A DNA stretch of 61,029 nt, filler included, from Dugesia japonica (lineage: Eukaryota), in the NCBI GenBank assembly GCA_001938525.1. It is 6 parts of 6 records of this genome, joined end to end, with 100 filler letters (N's around TTAATTAATTAA, not from the genome) between each part and the next. Parts side by side here need not be neighbours in the genome. Positions count along the whole stretch, not along the records: positions 28,046 to 40,658 come from MQRL01592463.1; positions 40,759 to 52,455 come from MQRL01596362.1; 4 more parts are not named here. One strand, 5' to 3'. The number at the start of each line of letters is the position of its first letter. Position 1 is the first letter of the stretch. A program made the translations under genes and the position numbers. Positions 38,635 through 51,279 of this stretch are shown here, piece by piece. The notes under the pieces are model-generated. The model was not told the origin of the DNA. It worked only from the letters and a program-made list of their open reading frames with translations, and did no database searches.

Positions 38635-39020
38635 ATGGAGAAACTAAAGACAATATGGAAGAATTTGAAAAGCCCATCAGGTTTTCAAGTAGTAGAAAAA
38701 TTGATGGAAGCATCTCAAATTCGAAATGAAAGACGAAATAATGGTTATCGGGTCAACTAGTGTACAGTCTGAATAAGACAATGTTGAAAGCATTTCCAAC
38801 AAAAGCATATAAAACATAAAATTTATGAATTATAACAAATGGATCTAATGGACATGATTCCATATTCAAGAATTACAAAAGGTTACAAATATATTTTGGC
38901 ATGCATCGTTGTATTCAGTAGATTTGCAAGAGATGTTCCAGTTAAATCAAAAGGAACTGGAAAGAATAAACACTACTTTGTAAAATGGTAAGGATACGAA
39001 AACCATGTTAGATATTAGCA
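38635..39020 (+). pseudogene. Polinton retroviral-like integrase with chromodomain, centrally deleted
   Basis: SPSGF..WLSGQLVYSLNK..QMDLMDM..GYKYILACIVVFSRFA..PVKSKG, then directly HYFVKW*GYE. Confidence 0.88.
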
Positions 39021-39051
39021 TCACAAATAGTCAATCAAGACGAAAATTCCG

Positions 39052-40056
39052 ATGAAATCAAATAGTTTCTATACACATTTACCGAGTAATAGTAGCCCAC
39101 TAGTTCATCCAAATAATTCTGCTAGTAATTACGTTGCTGAGCTTCAAAATCCAATTTACTTGAAAGTTAGTTAGTAAGTAGCCGTGATAAATTTTGCCTT
39201 TATATATTCAGAGATATCAATTTATAGTCAATCTAAGATTGAATATGAATTATTTAAACCAACAAAACTAAACTTTAATGTTGATAACAAAAACACGTGC
39301 TTTTAACTGTTCCTCTCAAGATAAACGTAATAGTAATACCAAAACAGATATACGATAAAAGAAAGAAAATATGATATCCTTCAGAAATCACGTTACATTC
39401 CACAGTTTATCATTACATACTTTAGAAAAAGTATAATTGTATAATATAATAACAATTTTAGTGATAAAACGTTTGTTATTCGCTTTCATACCTTTAAATA
39501 AGATGATTCCGTAAAAACAATAAAAATTTTATATTATTATGCCACTGTAACTAAAGATTATTTTCAATTTGAATCCAATTTTTAAGTAAAGAATCTAAAA
39601 CAACTTAATTATTAAATTAATTAAAAACCTTTCAATGCTATTAAAAACGTTTAAATTAAATAATGATGAACTATTTGAATTTACAATTCAAGTAAAACTA
39701 AAAGAATCAAATTCGATAAAATCTTCAAAAAATCAATAGGATTGAAAGAATCGCAATACACTCGAATACGTCTTAATGATGAACAACTACAGCATGAAAG
39801 TAACAGAAAACCTAGAATATTGAAGTGTTATAATGAAATGTTCGTCTATTTTAGTATTGTTAAACAAATTGTTGGTGATGCTAATGTATCTTTATTAAAA
39901 GTATTTCATAGATCTTTGATAATCCAATATATTTACCTATTTCTTCATCATATATAAACAATATAGAAATCGAAATACGTGATGACAGTGGAAAACTAGC
40001 CAATTTTGCTGTAGACTCAAAAACCCATTTAACGTTATATTTTAGAAAAATTAATA
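39052..40056 (+). pseudogene. Polinton minor capsid (penton) protein
   Basis: FYTHLPSNSS..HPNNSASNYVAELQNPIYL; QIVGDANVSLL; IEIEIRDDSGK..THLTLYFRK. Confidence 0.85.
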
Positions 40057-40277
40057 ATGAATCATGATATTGTACCAATGTATAGTACTAGTCAAGCAAG
40101 GTTTGAATGACCTTACTTTCTTACAAAGCAGTATGGGTCTAGATGGTTGCGAACAAGAAGTAGATTTGATCTACCTATTCTTAAACGTATTGGTTCATTT
40201 TGTATGAAAGCAGCTCATGATGTACTAGCTAATGATGGAAAATACCAACATTAAAATACAATGCATTAGCTAAACTT
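40057..40277 (+). pseudogene. Polinton small core-protein gene (QYGxG type) fragment
   Basis: PYFLTKQYGSRWLRT..LPILKRIG immediately after the penton, as in Maverick gene order. Confidence 0.55.
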
Positions 40278-40769
40278 NNNNNNNNNNNNNNNNNNNNNNN
40301 NNNNNNNNNNNNNNNNNNNNNNNNNNNNNNNNNNNNNNNNNNNNNNNNNNNNNNNNNNNNNNNNNNNNNNNNNNNNNNNNNNNNNNNNNNNNNNNNNNNN
40401 NNNNNNNNNNNNNNNNNNNNNNNNNNNNNNNNNNNNNNNNNATGTATCACGTATAAAGAAAAAAATGAGAGAACATGAAACAATATTTTTAAAATGATTT
40501 GCAGTAAGACTGAATAATGTATTTTTGATTAAAATACTTATACCAAAAAGCTTGAAAAAATTTGTTACCGCTTAAAAAAGCTTAAACCTTTTTAAAATAC
40601 AATAAAAATTTGTAGTTTATGTGCAAAATAATTTGCCAACTAAAATCACATGAAAATANNNNNNNNNNNNNNNNNNNNNNNNNNNNNNNNNNNNNNNNNN
40701 NNTTAATTAATTAANNNNNNNNNNNNNNNNNNNNNNNNNNNNNNNNNNNNNNNNNNNNTTAATTCTTCT

Positions 40770-41430
40770 TGTTTTACTGTGTATAAATCTGTTTGACATT
40801 ATTGTTTATTGTTGACTATTTGCAATTTTGATATTCATGCCACTTTACATAATACTGTTTATTTTCTTTAGTTCCTTTTGATCCCATCATTTTTAATATT
40901 CTAAATACTATACGCGGCGAAATGACTTCCTATTCCCGCTCATAGAATTTTCCTCTAATGATATTATTCTCATAATCCTTAATGACATACATGACCAAAT
41001 TTTGTTTAGTATTAATTTTTATTATTTGAAACACATCATCGCTTCAATTACTATCGAAATTACCGATAAATGGATATGAAATTATTTTGAGATTCTAACA
41101 TGGTCACAAACATTTTATCCATATATGATTACTGTAATATGTTGAAATGATTCAATAAGAACTTGTTTGTTATTAGAATAAGCCTGTCTAGTGAGAAAAT
41201 AAACAATAGTTTAAGTATCTTGAATTTTTAAAGATAACCAAGGATTGAACATTTAAATTACGTTTCCTGTGACTTCCACCTTGATTTTATAGACTTGAAG
41301 AAATGAATATCACAGTCACATTATAATGTCTCGATATCTTTGCAAATAAATTATAAAAATCTTTTTCTTTGTTAGCCTTCTGATATAAGTCATTAATTAT
41401 AGTTACATCTCCTGGGTTCCATCTTATGAA
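40770..41430 (-). mobile_element. Second Polinton copy: ATPase fragment fused by deletion to integrase C-terminus/chromodomain
   Basis: Minus: IINDLYQKANKE..FAKISRHYNVTVIFI..LVIFKNS; DHVRISK; YVIKDYENNIIRGKFYERE; YYVKWHEY. Confidence 0.8.
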
Positions 41431-42146
41431 TTAAATAATTGATAATTTTATATGAATTTTTCTGATTTAAACCATTCTGATGAGGCAAAACAGATACTTT
41501 GAACAAGGAATGACAGTAATAAAAATATTGTGTTCTTTTTTTCATTTTATGTGTGTATTATCATGAAATATTTTTCAAATAAGGTATTATTCCAAAATTA
41601 TGCATTTAGAACCATTGTGGGAAAAATTATTCAAGTTAAAAATAACTGATGATGTAGTACTCATTGAAGAAATTCTTGATGAAAAATGTTAATCATGCAA
41701 AAACAATTTAAATGTTGATGTAAATATGAATGATATTCAATCAAATGATGAAATTATTTATGAAGAAAATAATGATTTTCATAAGACAAAATTACAGAGA
41801 ACCTTTTAAAGGAACGAGGTTTTTATAACTTTTAGTTAAGCAGTATTACTTTTTATTTAGAATCCGTAATTTGAATATTAAATGCTCTATTTCTGATACA
41901 AGCAAAGTGTGGCTCCTGAGCCACATGTAGCACTTTGTCAATTTTTTGAGGATCAATTACAATTTTTAAAGTTACAACTAAAAGTTTTAAATTTTACTTC
42001 TATTTGATTCATTTTTTAGGCACTCAAAAAATAAAGTTTATTTTCTCTTTTTTCCCATACAAATTTATTTCTCCTCATATAAATACAGGGAAATAAAAAT
42101 AATAGAATTTATTACAGCTGTTATAATAATAAAATTAAATTCAGAT

Positions 42147-42445
42147 TCATGTTATATCATTATGTGTTACTTGTGGCTCAACAGCATTTTTAAAATTTCT
42201 AAAATGGCTCCCTATACATAAACTTCTGATCAATCCTACTACTACTAAAAGATTTATTTCATGACATAAAGCTTGTTTTTTATTCTTCGGGAGCTCAATT
42301 CTGCTTGGAATTGTCGATTTTTCTGATTTGATTTGCTTCAAAATATCGTCAATATTGGACTGAATTTCTTTGAAGACTTCAATAACTTGTTCATCAGAAT
42401 TAGCAGGCATGGAAACAGCTACTTCGAAAACGTCATTCAAAATCT
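42147..42445 (-). CDS. Possible exon of an unidentified gene
   Basis: TTTCAG acceptor near 42447 and a 97-codon open frame; no recognisable motif. Confidence 0.35.
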
Positions 42446-42789
42446 CTGAAAATTATTAAAATCCAGATTTTATCATATCTGGGATGATTTTCTTCATTAG
42501 ATTCTCAATCCGATTGATCAAATTTGTATAATGTACATCATTATAATAAATCAGACGAGAATCAATATTATTTTTTCGCACATTGTATGTATTTGAATTA
42601 AGATAATAATTTAAACAAATTAAATCCTTTATTTCTTTTTTCTTGAAATAAAAGAATACTTTTTATTTTCTATTCTAATTTTCAATGTGAGACTTTGAAA
42701 ATAAGAAAAAATTGAAATTATGTATAAACAAATGTACGATAGTATTTTTAAAATTCGGGTATGTTCCTGATATATGAAATTCCCAAATA

Positions 42790-43990
42790 CATGCAGAATT
42801 CTGTATATTTGAGATTGCACATTTTGCGAAACATTTATCTATTAAACTCTTTGGTACAACAATTTTTTGAATGACTTAGTAAGTCTCAGGTGGGATGGTT
42901 CTTAAAGATCCTATAACACAGGTGTACAATTCTTTATAGTAACCAGGCTTTGCTAGTTTTATCTTGTTTTTTAAATTATTATATTTTACTTTAATCTCTT
43001 GATCTATTTTTAAGAAGCCCTCAATTGAGTCATTTTAAAAAGGTCATGTAAAAAAGGACATTTTACATCAACTAGAAATATTCTTTTCCTTTCAGTAATC
43101 ATAATATCAACGCGTTCTAATGAGTCTGGAACCAAAGAACAAGTACGATCAATTACGATTATTAANNNNNNNNNNNNNNNNNNNNNNNNNNNNNNNNNNN
43201 NNNNNNNNNNNNNNNNNNNNNNNNNNNNNNNNNNNNNNNNNNNNNNNNNNNNNNCATTGTGAGAATGACATCGTTGACATAGTCTTTCATCAAAAGTAAT
43301 GATATGTGGTCGAGCATTTATTGAAAGTTTATTTGTGCGTGCTTTGTATATGAAATTCCATTCAAATTTGTCTAGAACACTGCAAAAGATTAGTTTGTTG
43401 ACAACTGGACTAAGACGCACCGCATCAGCTAAAATGTTACTATTATTACTTTTATGCGATATTATTGATTAAGAGTCAGATATGATTTTATGAAGTAAAA
43501 GGCAACTTGTTTTCTGCAGTCACTGTTTACAGTAACCGTCCCATTGGGCATATTAATACGCAATAGTGCACCTTTCATGTCAATTGTAAATGTAATGGTT
43601 ATGTCATGAACTCTTTTAAAGTATTCAATTGCCGTTCTCAGACGCATAAACCGTGTTTTGTCCCTTTGCAATTTTTGATACTAACTTTACCATTAATCTA
43701 GTCAAAACCGTGAAATAAAATCGGTACCTTTATCCCTAATCTTGATGAAGCAGCAATTATAAGAGACTCGTGATTAATTGTTTTGGTATAGTCACAATCA
43801 GTAGTAAATAATCTAAAGAATTGTACAATACTTTGACAATGGTAATCATNNNNNNNNNNNNNNNNNNNNNNNNNNNNNNNNNTTTCTGTTGCTGTGTAAA
43901 AATAAGCAATTTCAGAATGATCAGGTAGATTCATCATTTTTCGAAGTTGTATTCGAAGCTTACTAGTAGAATTATAATAATAATTGCTTG
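42790..43990 (-). mobile_element. RLE-type (R2-group) non-LTR retrotransposon 3' remnant
   Basis: KARTNKL..LCQRCH (CCHC start), RVDIMITERKRIFLVDVKCPF (PD..D nuclease), KIKYNNL, VIGSL. Confidence 0.82.
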
Positions 43991-44664
43991 TTCAAAACCA
44001 TCACACTTAAGTCTCATTCCATTTTAAATTTCATCATACCAAATTAATTATAATCATCATACGCCAGTCATGAAATCACGCTTAGTGCATTTCTCATCTT
44101 TCTTTTTGATACTGCTTTATGCTCCACAAACATATCTTTAATTAAGCATAGCTTGCTCTTCAACTCTTTCTCTTGCGTTGTAGCCCAACCACCGTATAAA
44201 GCAAAAAATACATTGAGAATAAATCAGGAATTAGACATTTGATAATAATCTAAATGAAATATTGCACTTTATTTCACTTCTTTATTTTGCTGTTATGAAA
44301 TTTATTTTAAATATTCGTTTTAGACACATAATTTATTTAAATAAAACTACTAGGGATTTACTTTGTGGGTAATAATACCAAATTTGAACAAGAAAACAAT
44401 GATAATGTGAAAAGACTTTGTATAAATTTTATCATTTTCTAAAATATGAATTAACTAAATTAATTAATAGTCTAACAATTGCTTTAAAATCTTAAAATAA
44501 TATTTAAATAATAATATTAAAATAATATAGAAATAAAGAATAACCAATTTATCTTTGTTTTCATACAGAAAATTATATGAATACTTAAATTTAAATAAAA
44601 CAATGGACAAATCTACTGAAATTAGTGTTACCATATATTAATATTTTTAATTTAATTAATTTTT

Positions 44665-45240
44665 AAGGAAATAAATAATAATTAGAAAATTTCAACCAAA
44701 AGAAATTGTTGAAATTATGTTAAATAATTTTTAAATTTTCATTTGAAAAAAAATGTATGAATTAATTTACAGATTGGGCAGACATTTTTCCGGAAATCGA
44801 ATTTACATTGAACGCAGTAAATCAGAATACGGCTAGAAAGAGTTCAGTTGAGATCGTATTTGGAAAGAAAATTAGCAGAGAAAAGTAGTACGAGTCAAAA
44901 GTTTCAGAGGGAACTAAAGAAAACATTTCAGAAGTGACTAAGAATAGAGAATTCAAAGTAGGAGATTATGCCATCGTCCAGGTAGAAACAAGAAATAAAA
45001 GCCAANNNNNNNNNNNNNNNNNNNNNNNNNNNNNNNNNNNNNNNNNNNNNNNNNNNNNNNNNNNNNNNNNNNNNNNNNNNNNNNNNNNNNNNNNNNNNNN
45101 NNNNNNNNNNNNNNNNNNNNNNATAAGAGGGATATAAGGAAATAAATAATAATAAAAAAATTTCAACCAATAGAAATTGTTGAAATTATGTTAAATAATT
45201 TTTTAGTTTTAATTTGAAATAAAATTATGTGAAATTAATT
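44665..45240 (+). mobile_element. Gypsy relic: LTR 5' piece - integrase tail - PPT - LTR 5' piece
   Basis: Direct repeats TAAGGAAATAAATAATAAT..TTCAACCAA.AGAAATTGTTGAAATTATG at 44665 and 45135; between them TDWADIFPEIEFTLNA..EFKVGD, and AAGAGGGATA before the second repeat. Confidence 0.8.
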
Positions 45241-45350
45241 GTTCTGATTTCGAAATTAAATTATCATTTGAAGAATTATAAAAAAAAAAGTTCTTGAATT
45301 AAAATATTGATCAAAATATTGATTTTCTTTTCTTGAGTTCTTGATAATTT

Positions 45351-45385
45351 TATCAAATTTTCGACTTTGTCTTCATCAGGAATTT
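45351..45385 (-). ncRNA. Minimal type-I hammerhead ribozyme motif with canonical core
   Basis: AAUUC-CUGAUGA-A-GAC AAA GUC-GAAA-AUU-U-GAUA; stem I partly decayed. Confidence 0.62.
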
Positions 45386-46619
45386 ACTTTTAATTTATAA
45401 TTATAATTTAAATAGTATAACAAAAAAGAAAGCATTATTTCTTTTAAAACAACAATTGTTTAAAACAATGTATTTATTAATTGAATAAATAAAAATAAAA
45501 TCACTTGTTTAAATCACCTCTAAATTAATTTACATCTAAAACTATTACATAAATTCTAGCGATAAATTATTCAGCAAAAAAATTACCTATTAACAAAATG
45601 AGAAAACTGTAAGCAGGTAATTAATAAATAATTGCGTTAAAAGCATTNNNNNNNNNNNNNNNNNNNNNNNNNNNNNNNNNNNNNNNNNNNNNNNNNNNNN
45701 NNNNNNNNNNNNNNNNNNNNNNNNNNNNNNNNNNNNNNNNNNNNNNNNNNNNNNNNNNNNNNNNNNNNNNNNNNNNNNNNNNNNNNNNNNNNNNATCCTC
45801 ATCAATAAATCTCTAGTCGATCTGACAAAGTTTGACTACTTATATTATCATGGTGTCCATTTGATTAACTGCACCCACTTAATCTATTAATTATACTTAA
45901 CTTTTCATTTATTAAATGGATTACAATGCGATAAAAGTAATTGTTGTTGATAGCTATTGAGGAAGCAGTTATTGAAGAATATTAATTATAAATTTGTCAA
46001 TATTATAATTATAATTCTTGGTTTGAATTTCAACAGAAGAATTAAGTATCATCATCGAACTAGCTAAATTTTTTTCCATCAAGATATTAATAAAAATTAT
46101 TTATTATATATTAATTAATATTTAATTTCGATTAAAACTTTTGCAATTTTAATTAATCGAAGAAGTTCTAAATAAATCATCATAGGGTATATTTATTTCC
46201 TCACACGTTTTGTCATTATTAGATGTGCTTTAGCTGGTGATTTTCCTGGAGACTTATCTGGAAATTTTCATTTAATTTAACTTTATGAATAAATATTTAA
46301 TTGTTACTTTAATTAACCCCNGATGTATGTATGAATAGATCCAGTAAATAAACTGATCTGTTTTAGTTGTTTAGCAAACACAAATTTTCATTGAGACTCT
46401 GACCTCTCAGGGGTGCAGCTCTTGTTTGAATTAATTTACAGTTTATAGTAACTTTAAATTAATATATTGTTATATACGAAAAATATGGATTTCTTTAAAG
46501 ATGTATTATTTCTTTATTTATATAAGAAATCTTACACATATTACCCAATCTATAGTAAAATATCTACATAAGAACAGAACATCAACAGAATAATATCAAA
46601 CACCTATATAAAACAGTTA

Positions 46620-47570
46620 TAACATAATTCCAAGAATCTAATTAATTAGATACAATTTTTAACCGGTATTTCATAGTTTTAAAATACGATCCATAACATC
46701 GATTTGATTGTTTTTTAATTCTCTTTCAAATCATTGTCAATCTCTTTTGATTTCCGGAAAATCTTCTTATTGTGTTTAGTCTTTAATTTTTATATATTAC
46801 CTTCTATAATTCGTTTGGTAGGAAAACAGCTTTTTATTTAATTCTGCTATTTAATTGCTACTTNTCCGTTAAGCTACTAATATTTACTGAGACTTAAGAA
46901 ACATGAAAATACCACAAAATAAAATCATTTTAATATACTAAAAATTTACAAATATTTTTATCTGTTTCTTCAGATAGTTTTCAATTTCATGACTTTTAAT
47001 ACGAATACATTCTGATTTGTATATGTATATTAAGTTGAATTGGTTGCTCATCTGTTTCTCTACGTATGATGCAGAAACCATTGTTTTTATTTCGAAAAAA
47101 ATGGATAGTTTATATTTTAACTCCGAGTTGAATGGCTGGTTAATTTATGTTTCGATCTAGTTCTGAATTAAATTGACTGCATTGATTCTGCTATATATTC
47201 CTAGATTAATATACTCCTGGAATTTTTCCTGAAAAGATTTGGCGAAAAATAAGTGTAATTTTTAGTATTAATTAAGAGACAAAAGCTTTAATAGAATTTT
47301 CAAAAATTTTAAAAATACTTTCTATCTTGATTCTTGTATTTGTAAAATCCAGGAAATCTACTGCATGTACGTTTATTTGAAGGTTAAGGTATGTCTGATC
47401 TATATGATCTTTTAATTTAATAAATTTTATTGATACTTTTGACTTGAATATTATTGACAAGGAAATTATTATACATCTTTGGAATTTGAGAAAAATTCTG
47501 ATTATTAAACTAGCCTCTTTTTCAGAAAATAAGACTTTGTCTTATCGCCGGTGGGCCATTTCATTTAAAA
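46620..47570 (-). pseudogene. Possible cadherin-repeat-like pseudogene
   Basis: LQINVHAVD, RINAVNL..PFNSELKYKL resemble cadherin VxAxD..NxxxxY spacing; many stops. Confidence 0.25.
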
Positions 47571-48674
47571 TACCTAAAATATGCAATAATTTAAACAATT
47601 TTTAAATGATATGATTTTTTAATTAATTTAAATTACCGTAANTACAAAAAAGCCTTAAAACATCATTATCTCAATGACCAGACATGATGGACTATTAAAA
47701 GTATACATTTTAATGATCAGTATGTCAGGATGCATAAGAAAATGTTTATGTGAACTAAGAAAAAATTTGGACTCCAGTGTTATTTAATCAATAAAGATTT
47801 ATACCGTAAATACGTAAACAAATGTCACGTGTTAGTATTTATTACATGATGTTCAATTTTAAAAATACTTATAATATACAAGCACAATTTTTAACTAGTC
47901 ATTTTGTCAGTATAGGACACAAACATTTCGATAAACTATCATCCAGCTTTTTTAATTGCATGAAATTCAATACATGTATTTTATTTCAAACCTATAAAAT
48001 AATGAAAACTTTCGAGAAGATAATTAATAAATAATATTTTAATATTTCATAATTATATAATATAATATATTTCTTTATATATTTCCATAAAAGATTTCTT
48101 AACAGAGATTATTGTGTGTTTTTAGTAAATTAACAATTCCCTAAATTGTAAGCCCTAGTGAATATTTCTCTTGTAAAAAGAAAACAAAACAATTTTTTAA
48201 TATCGGAAAACACGATAAATTATAAAATTAAAAAAATTTTAAAAAAATCAAAAAAATAATTAATAAATCAAAGCTTTCTGTAATCATGATCATTTCTAAA
48301 AAAATAAGAATTAAAACTAATAAATTTAATTTAAAACCATGAAAAAATTATCAATTTTTTGCTTTTTTTAATTAATAAAACTTAACTTTTTAAAATACAA
48401 ATCTAATTATAAATATTGCTGAATTTCATTTATTAAATAAAAATGAATTTAATAAATTTGTTCATTTACAAAAATTAATTTATTTATTAATTAAAATTTA
48501 ATTTTAATTTTACATTTAAATATTCAAATTTATTTATTGATTTCAATGCCAAATTTTAAGCCGCATGAAATTGAAATTTAATCAAATTCGATTTTTAGTG
48601 GAATATTGTTAATATATTCACAGTTTCACGATTTTGATTTATTAATCAAAGCTTCTAATTAATTCTAATTAATG

Positions 48675-48676
<2 letters not shown>

Positions 48677-48724
<48 letters not shown>
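48677..48724. repeat. (AGT)n microsatellite
   Basis: Perfect trinucleotide run. Confidence 0.95.
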
Positions 48725-49915
48725 TGGGAAGTAAAGTAAACATGGAAAATTTGATGATAATCAATTTACGTCATGGATTAGAGATCTGTTTTTTTTNNNN
48801 NNNNNNNNNNNNNNNNNNNNNNNNNNNNNNNNNNNNNNNNNNNNNNCAATAAAACCGATGAATTTTAATGATATTCATTATTTATGAAAATCGATAAAGA
48901 AATTAGTAAAAAAACAAATTATTTTCTAATATTTATCAAGAAATTAAATTAATTTAAAAACTCTGTTTATTTTATCTAGAACATTATAATTGTTATGTAT
49001 GCAAGAACGGCATCTGTGCTTGTTTGTGTTTGTGTGTTAATCTGTATTCTAAAAATTAACATGATAACTATTTTGTTAAAAAATATGGAGAAACTCTTAA
49101 TTTTCTGTTTTACAGTTTCTTATTATCGAAAAGCATTTCAATTTGATTTAAATTGATGAAACATCGAACTTAGAGTTTTGTTTAAATTTAACTGGCAAGT
49201 AGTAATTTGTTTAAGATTTATATTTGAACGAAAATGATAAATGTTATTTTTCATTTCATTTTGTTATTTAAATTCGAAATCTGAATGTTTATTTACTCAA
49301 TGTATTTACTCATGCTAAAATCAACTTATTATTTTGTAATTGATGAATTAATATCACAGTAATTATAATTTTAATAAAGAGAAGCATATTTCTCAAGAAT
49401 TCTTAACTGCTGCACGAAACAGCTGAGTTTGAAAATTATGAGATTTATGATAATTATTAACCACAGATTTGTCTCGATATAAAATTTCGATGAAATTTTT
49501 ACACCGTGAATGAAATGTGAGAATCTGTGAATTTAAATTGTAATGATAATAAAGAAAATAATAATCATAATAATAATAATAATAATATTAAAAATAAGTA
49601 AATTAATAATAATAATAATATTAAAAATAAGTAATTAAATAATAATAATAACACATTCAACACAAACCTAAAATTTCACCAGAACAACATCACATTACAT
49701 GGATGACACTAGGAACAGGCTACATTTCCACACTTGATAGCAAAAAACATGAAGAATTACTAATTAAAGAAGATAATTTTAAAATGAATGTCATTTATAA
49801 TAAAAAAATAATTAAAATTAAAAAAATAAAATTAACCAATAAAAATTCAGTAAAATAAATTAATTCAAATAAAATTACTATTACTAAATAAATATTGGAT
49901 AAATCTATGAAAGTC

Positions 49916-50060
49916 AATTTCTGGCGAAGACAAAATCGAAAATTAAGATTATTATCATAAATAACAAAATAAATTTAGATCGAAGCTTTAATTTTAATGA
50001 ATTCTGAAAAACTATCAATGGTTACATCCAACAATTATTCTCGCAATAATTGGAATTGTT
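49916..50060 (+). ncRNA. Degenerate hammerhead motif plus Penelope-type terminal repeat
   Basis: AAUUU-CUGGCGA-A-GAC AAA AUC-GAAA-AUU-A-AGAUU, followed by the GATCGAAGC..ATCAATGGTTA..AACAATTATTCTCGCAATAATTG block. Confidence 0.58.
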
Positions 50061-50583
50061 AAACAATAATAAGGATAACAAAATTTTATTAAATTTTTAC
50101 AAAATTACCTTCTGCTAATATTAGTTAAATTTAAAACTTTACAATTTTTCATAAGTTTTTTTATTATCACAAGAGTTTTATTAAAGAAAGAAAGATGAAG
50201 AATAATCCAAAGAATTTAAACAAATAATCTGAGAAATTTAATTTTCATTTTCAATACATTAAAATAAAATATTTTAAAAATATTGATTTTATTTTATAAA
50301 ATTTATATTTACTTTACATAGATTTTAATTATTTTTCAACATAATTTCTTAAAATAATTTTATACTTTTACCTTGTATTATATATTGCAATTATTTAAAT
50401 CAATTTACATTTAAAATGTTTTCTTATTTTAAAAATTTATAATGTACTTTTCTTTTACTATAATATTTGAATTCCTATTTAAATTTTTCAAAAAATAAAT
50501 TTTAATATAATATAATATAATGTATACCAAATTAAGAAATTTACCAGATATTTAAAATCTATGAATTAGTTTTACAGCCACAA

Positions 50584-51129
50584 TGTAAGATAAGTATCCT
50601 TCACAGTCAAGAAATGCCCAACCTGGGAGGAGATCGGTGGGAGATATCGGCACTAACACGGAACCGTGATGGATAACCCACGAGAAATTGCTGAGAAATA
50701 TTTTATATAACTATTTGTGCAGCGACAATCTATGTTTTGAAACAATTTTGCAGATGTAATTTCTCCATTTTAAGAAATTTTTGTAAATTTTGCTATCATT
50801 CTGGTTATAGTTTTGCTGTGAAATCCTCTGAAGAAAAAAACTTGAAGAACTCGTTCAGTACCAGTTTTCTTCATCTATGTTATCGGTGATGATTAGACTT
50901 AGTTGATTGGAGTACCTCAGTCGAGCTCTCAATTGGTACCATTAAAATCCGCTTAATTTTAGTTTCCAGATCAAAATTTCTGAAACCACTTTTGAGACTG
51001 ACTTTAACCGATTGTTCGAATCTGGAAACTTTCTCAATGATGTGTGTTAGATGAGTTTTGAGAACTCATAAGATTATCAACATCAAAATTCAACTCCATA
51101 AATTTAATAAAATAAAAACTATATCAACA
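50584..51129 (+). mobile_element. Possible solo LTR
   Basis: Starts TGTAAGATA (as does the LTR after the PPT at 59716), TATA-like and AATAAA signals, ends AACA; no TSD seen. Confidence 0.35.
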
Positions 51130-51279
51130 CTAATTGTGTTTTTAAACAAATTAAATTTCTGTTTTAGATTGGTGATTGTTTCTTAAAATCTTTTAATATC
51201 TATTAAAAATCATTTGAATTTTTATTCAGATTTTAAAATAAATTTTCAATTTATTTATTGAAACTGTATTTCAAAATTT

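Noticed and set aside
41474-41510. Hammerhead at CTGATGAGGC
   Set aside because: No paired stem II and no GAAA box
48677-48724. (AGT)n as a Polinton terminus
   Set aside because: Long pure microsatellite with no subterminal motif or Polinton genes nearby
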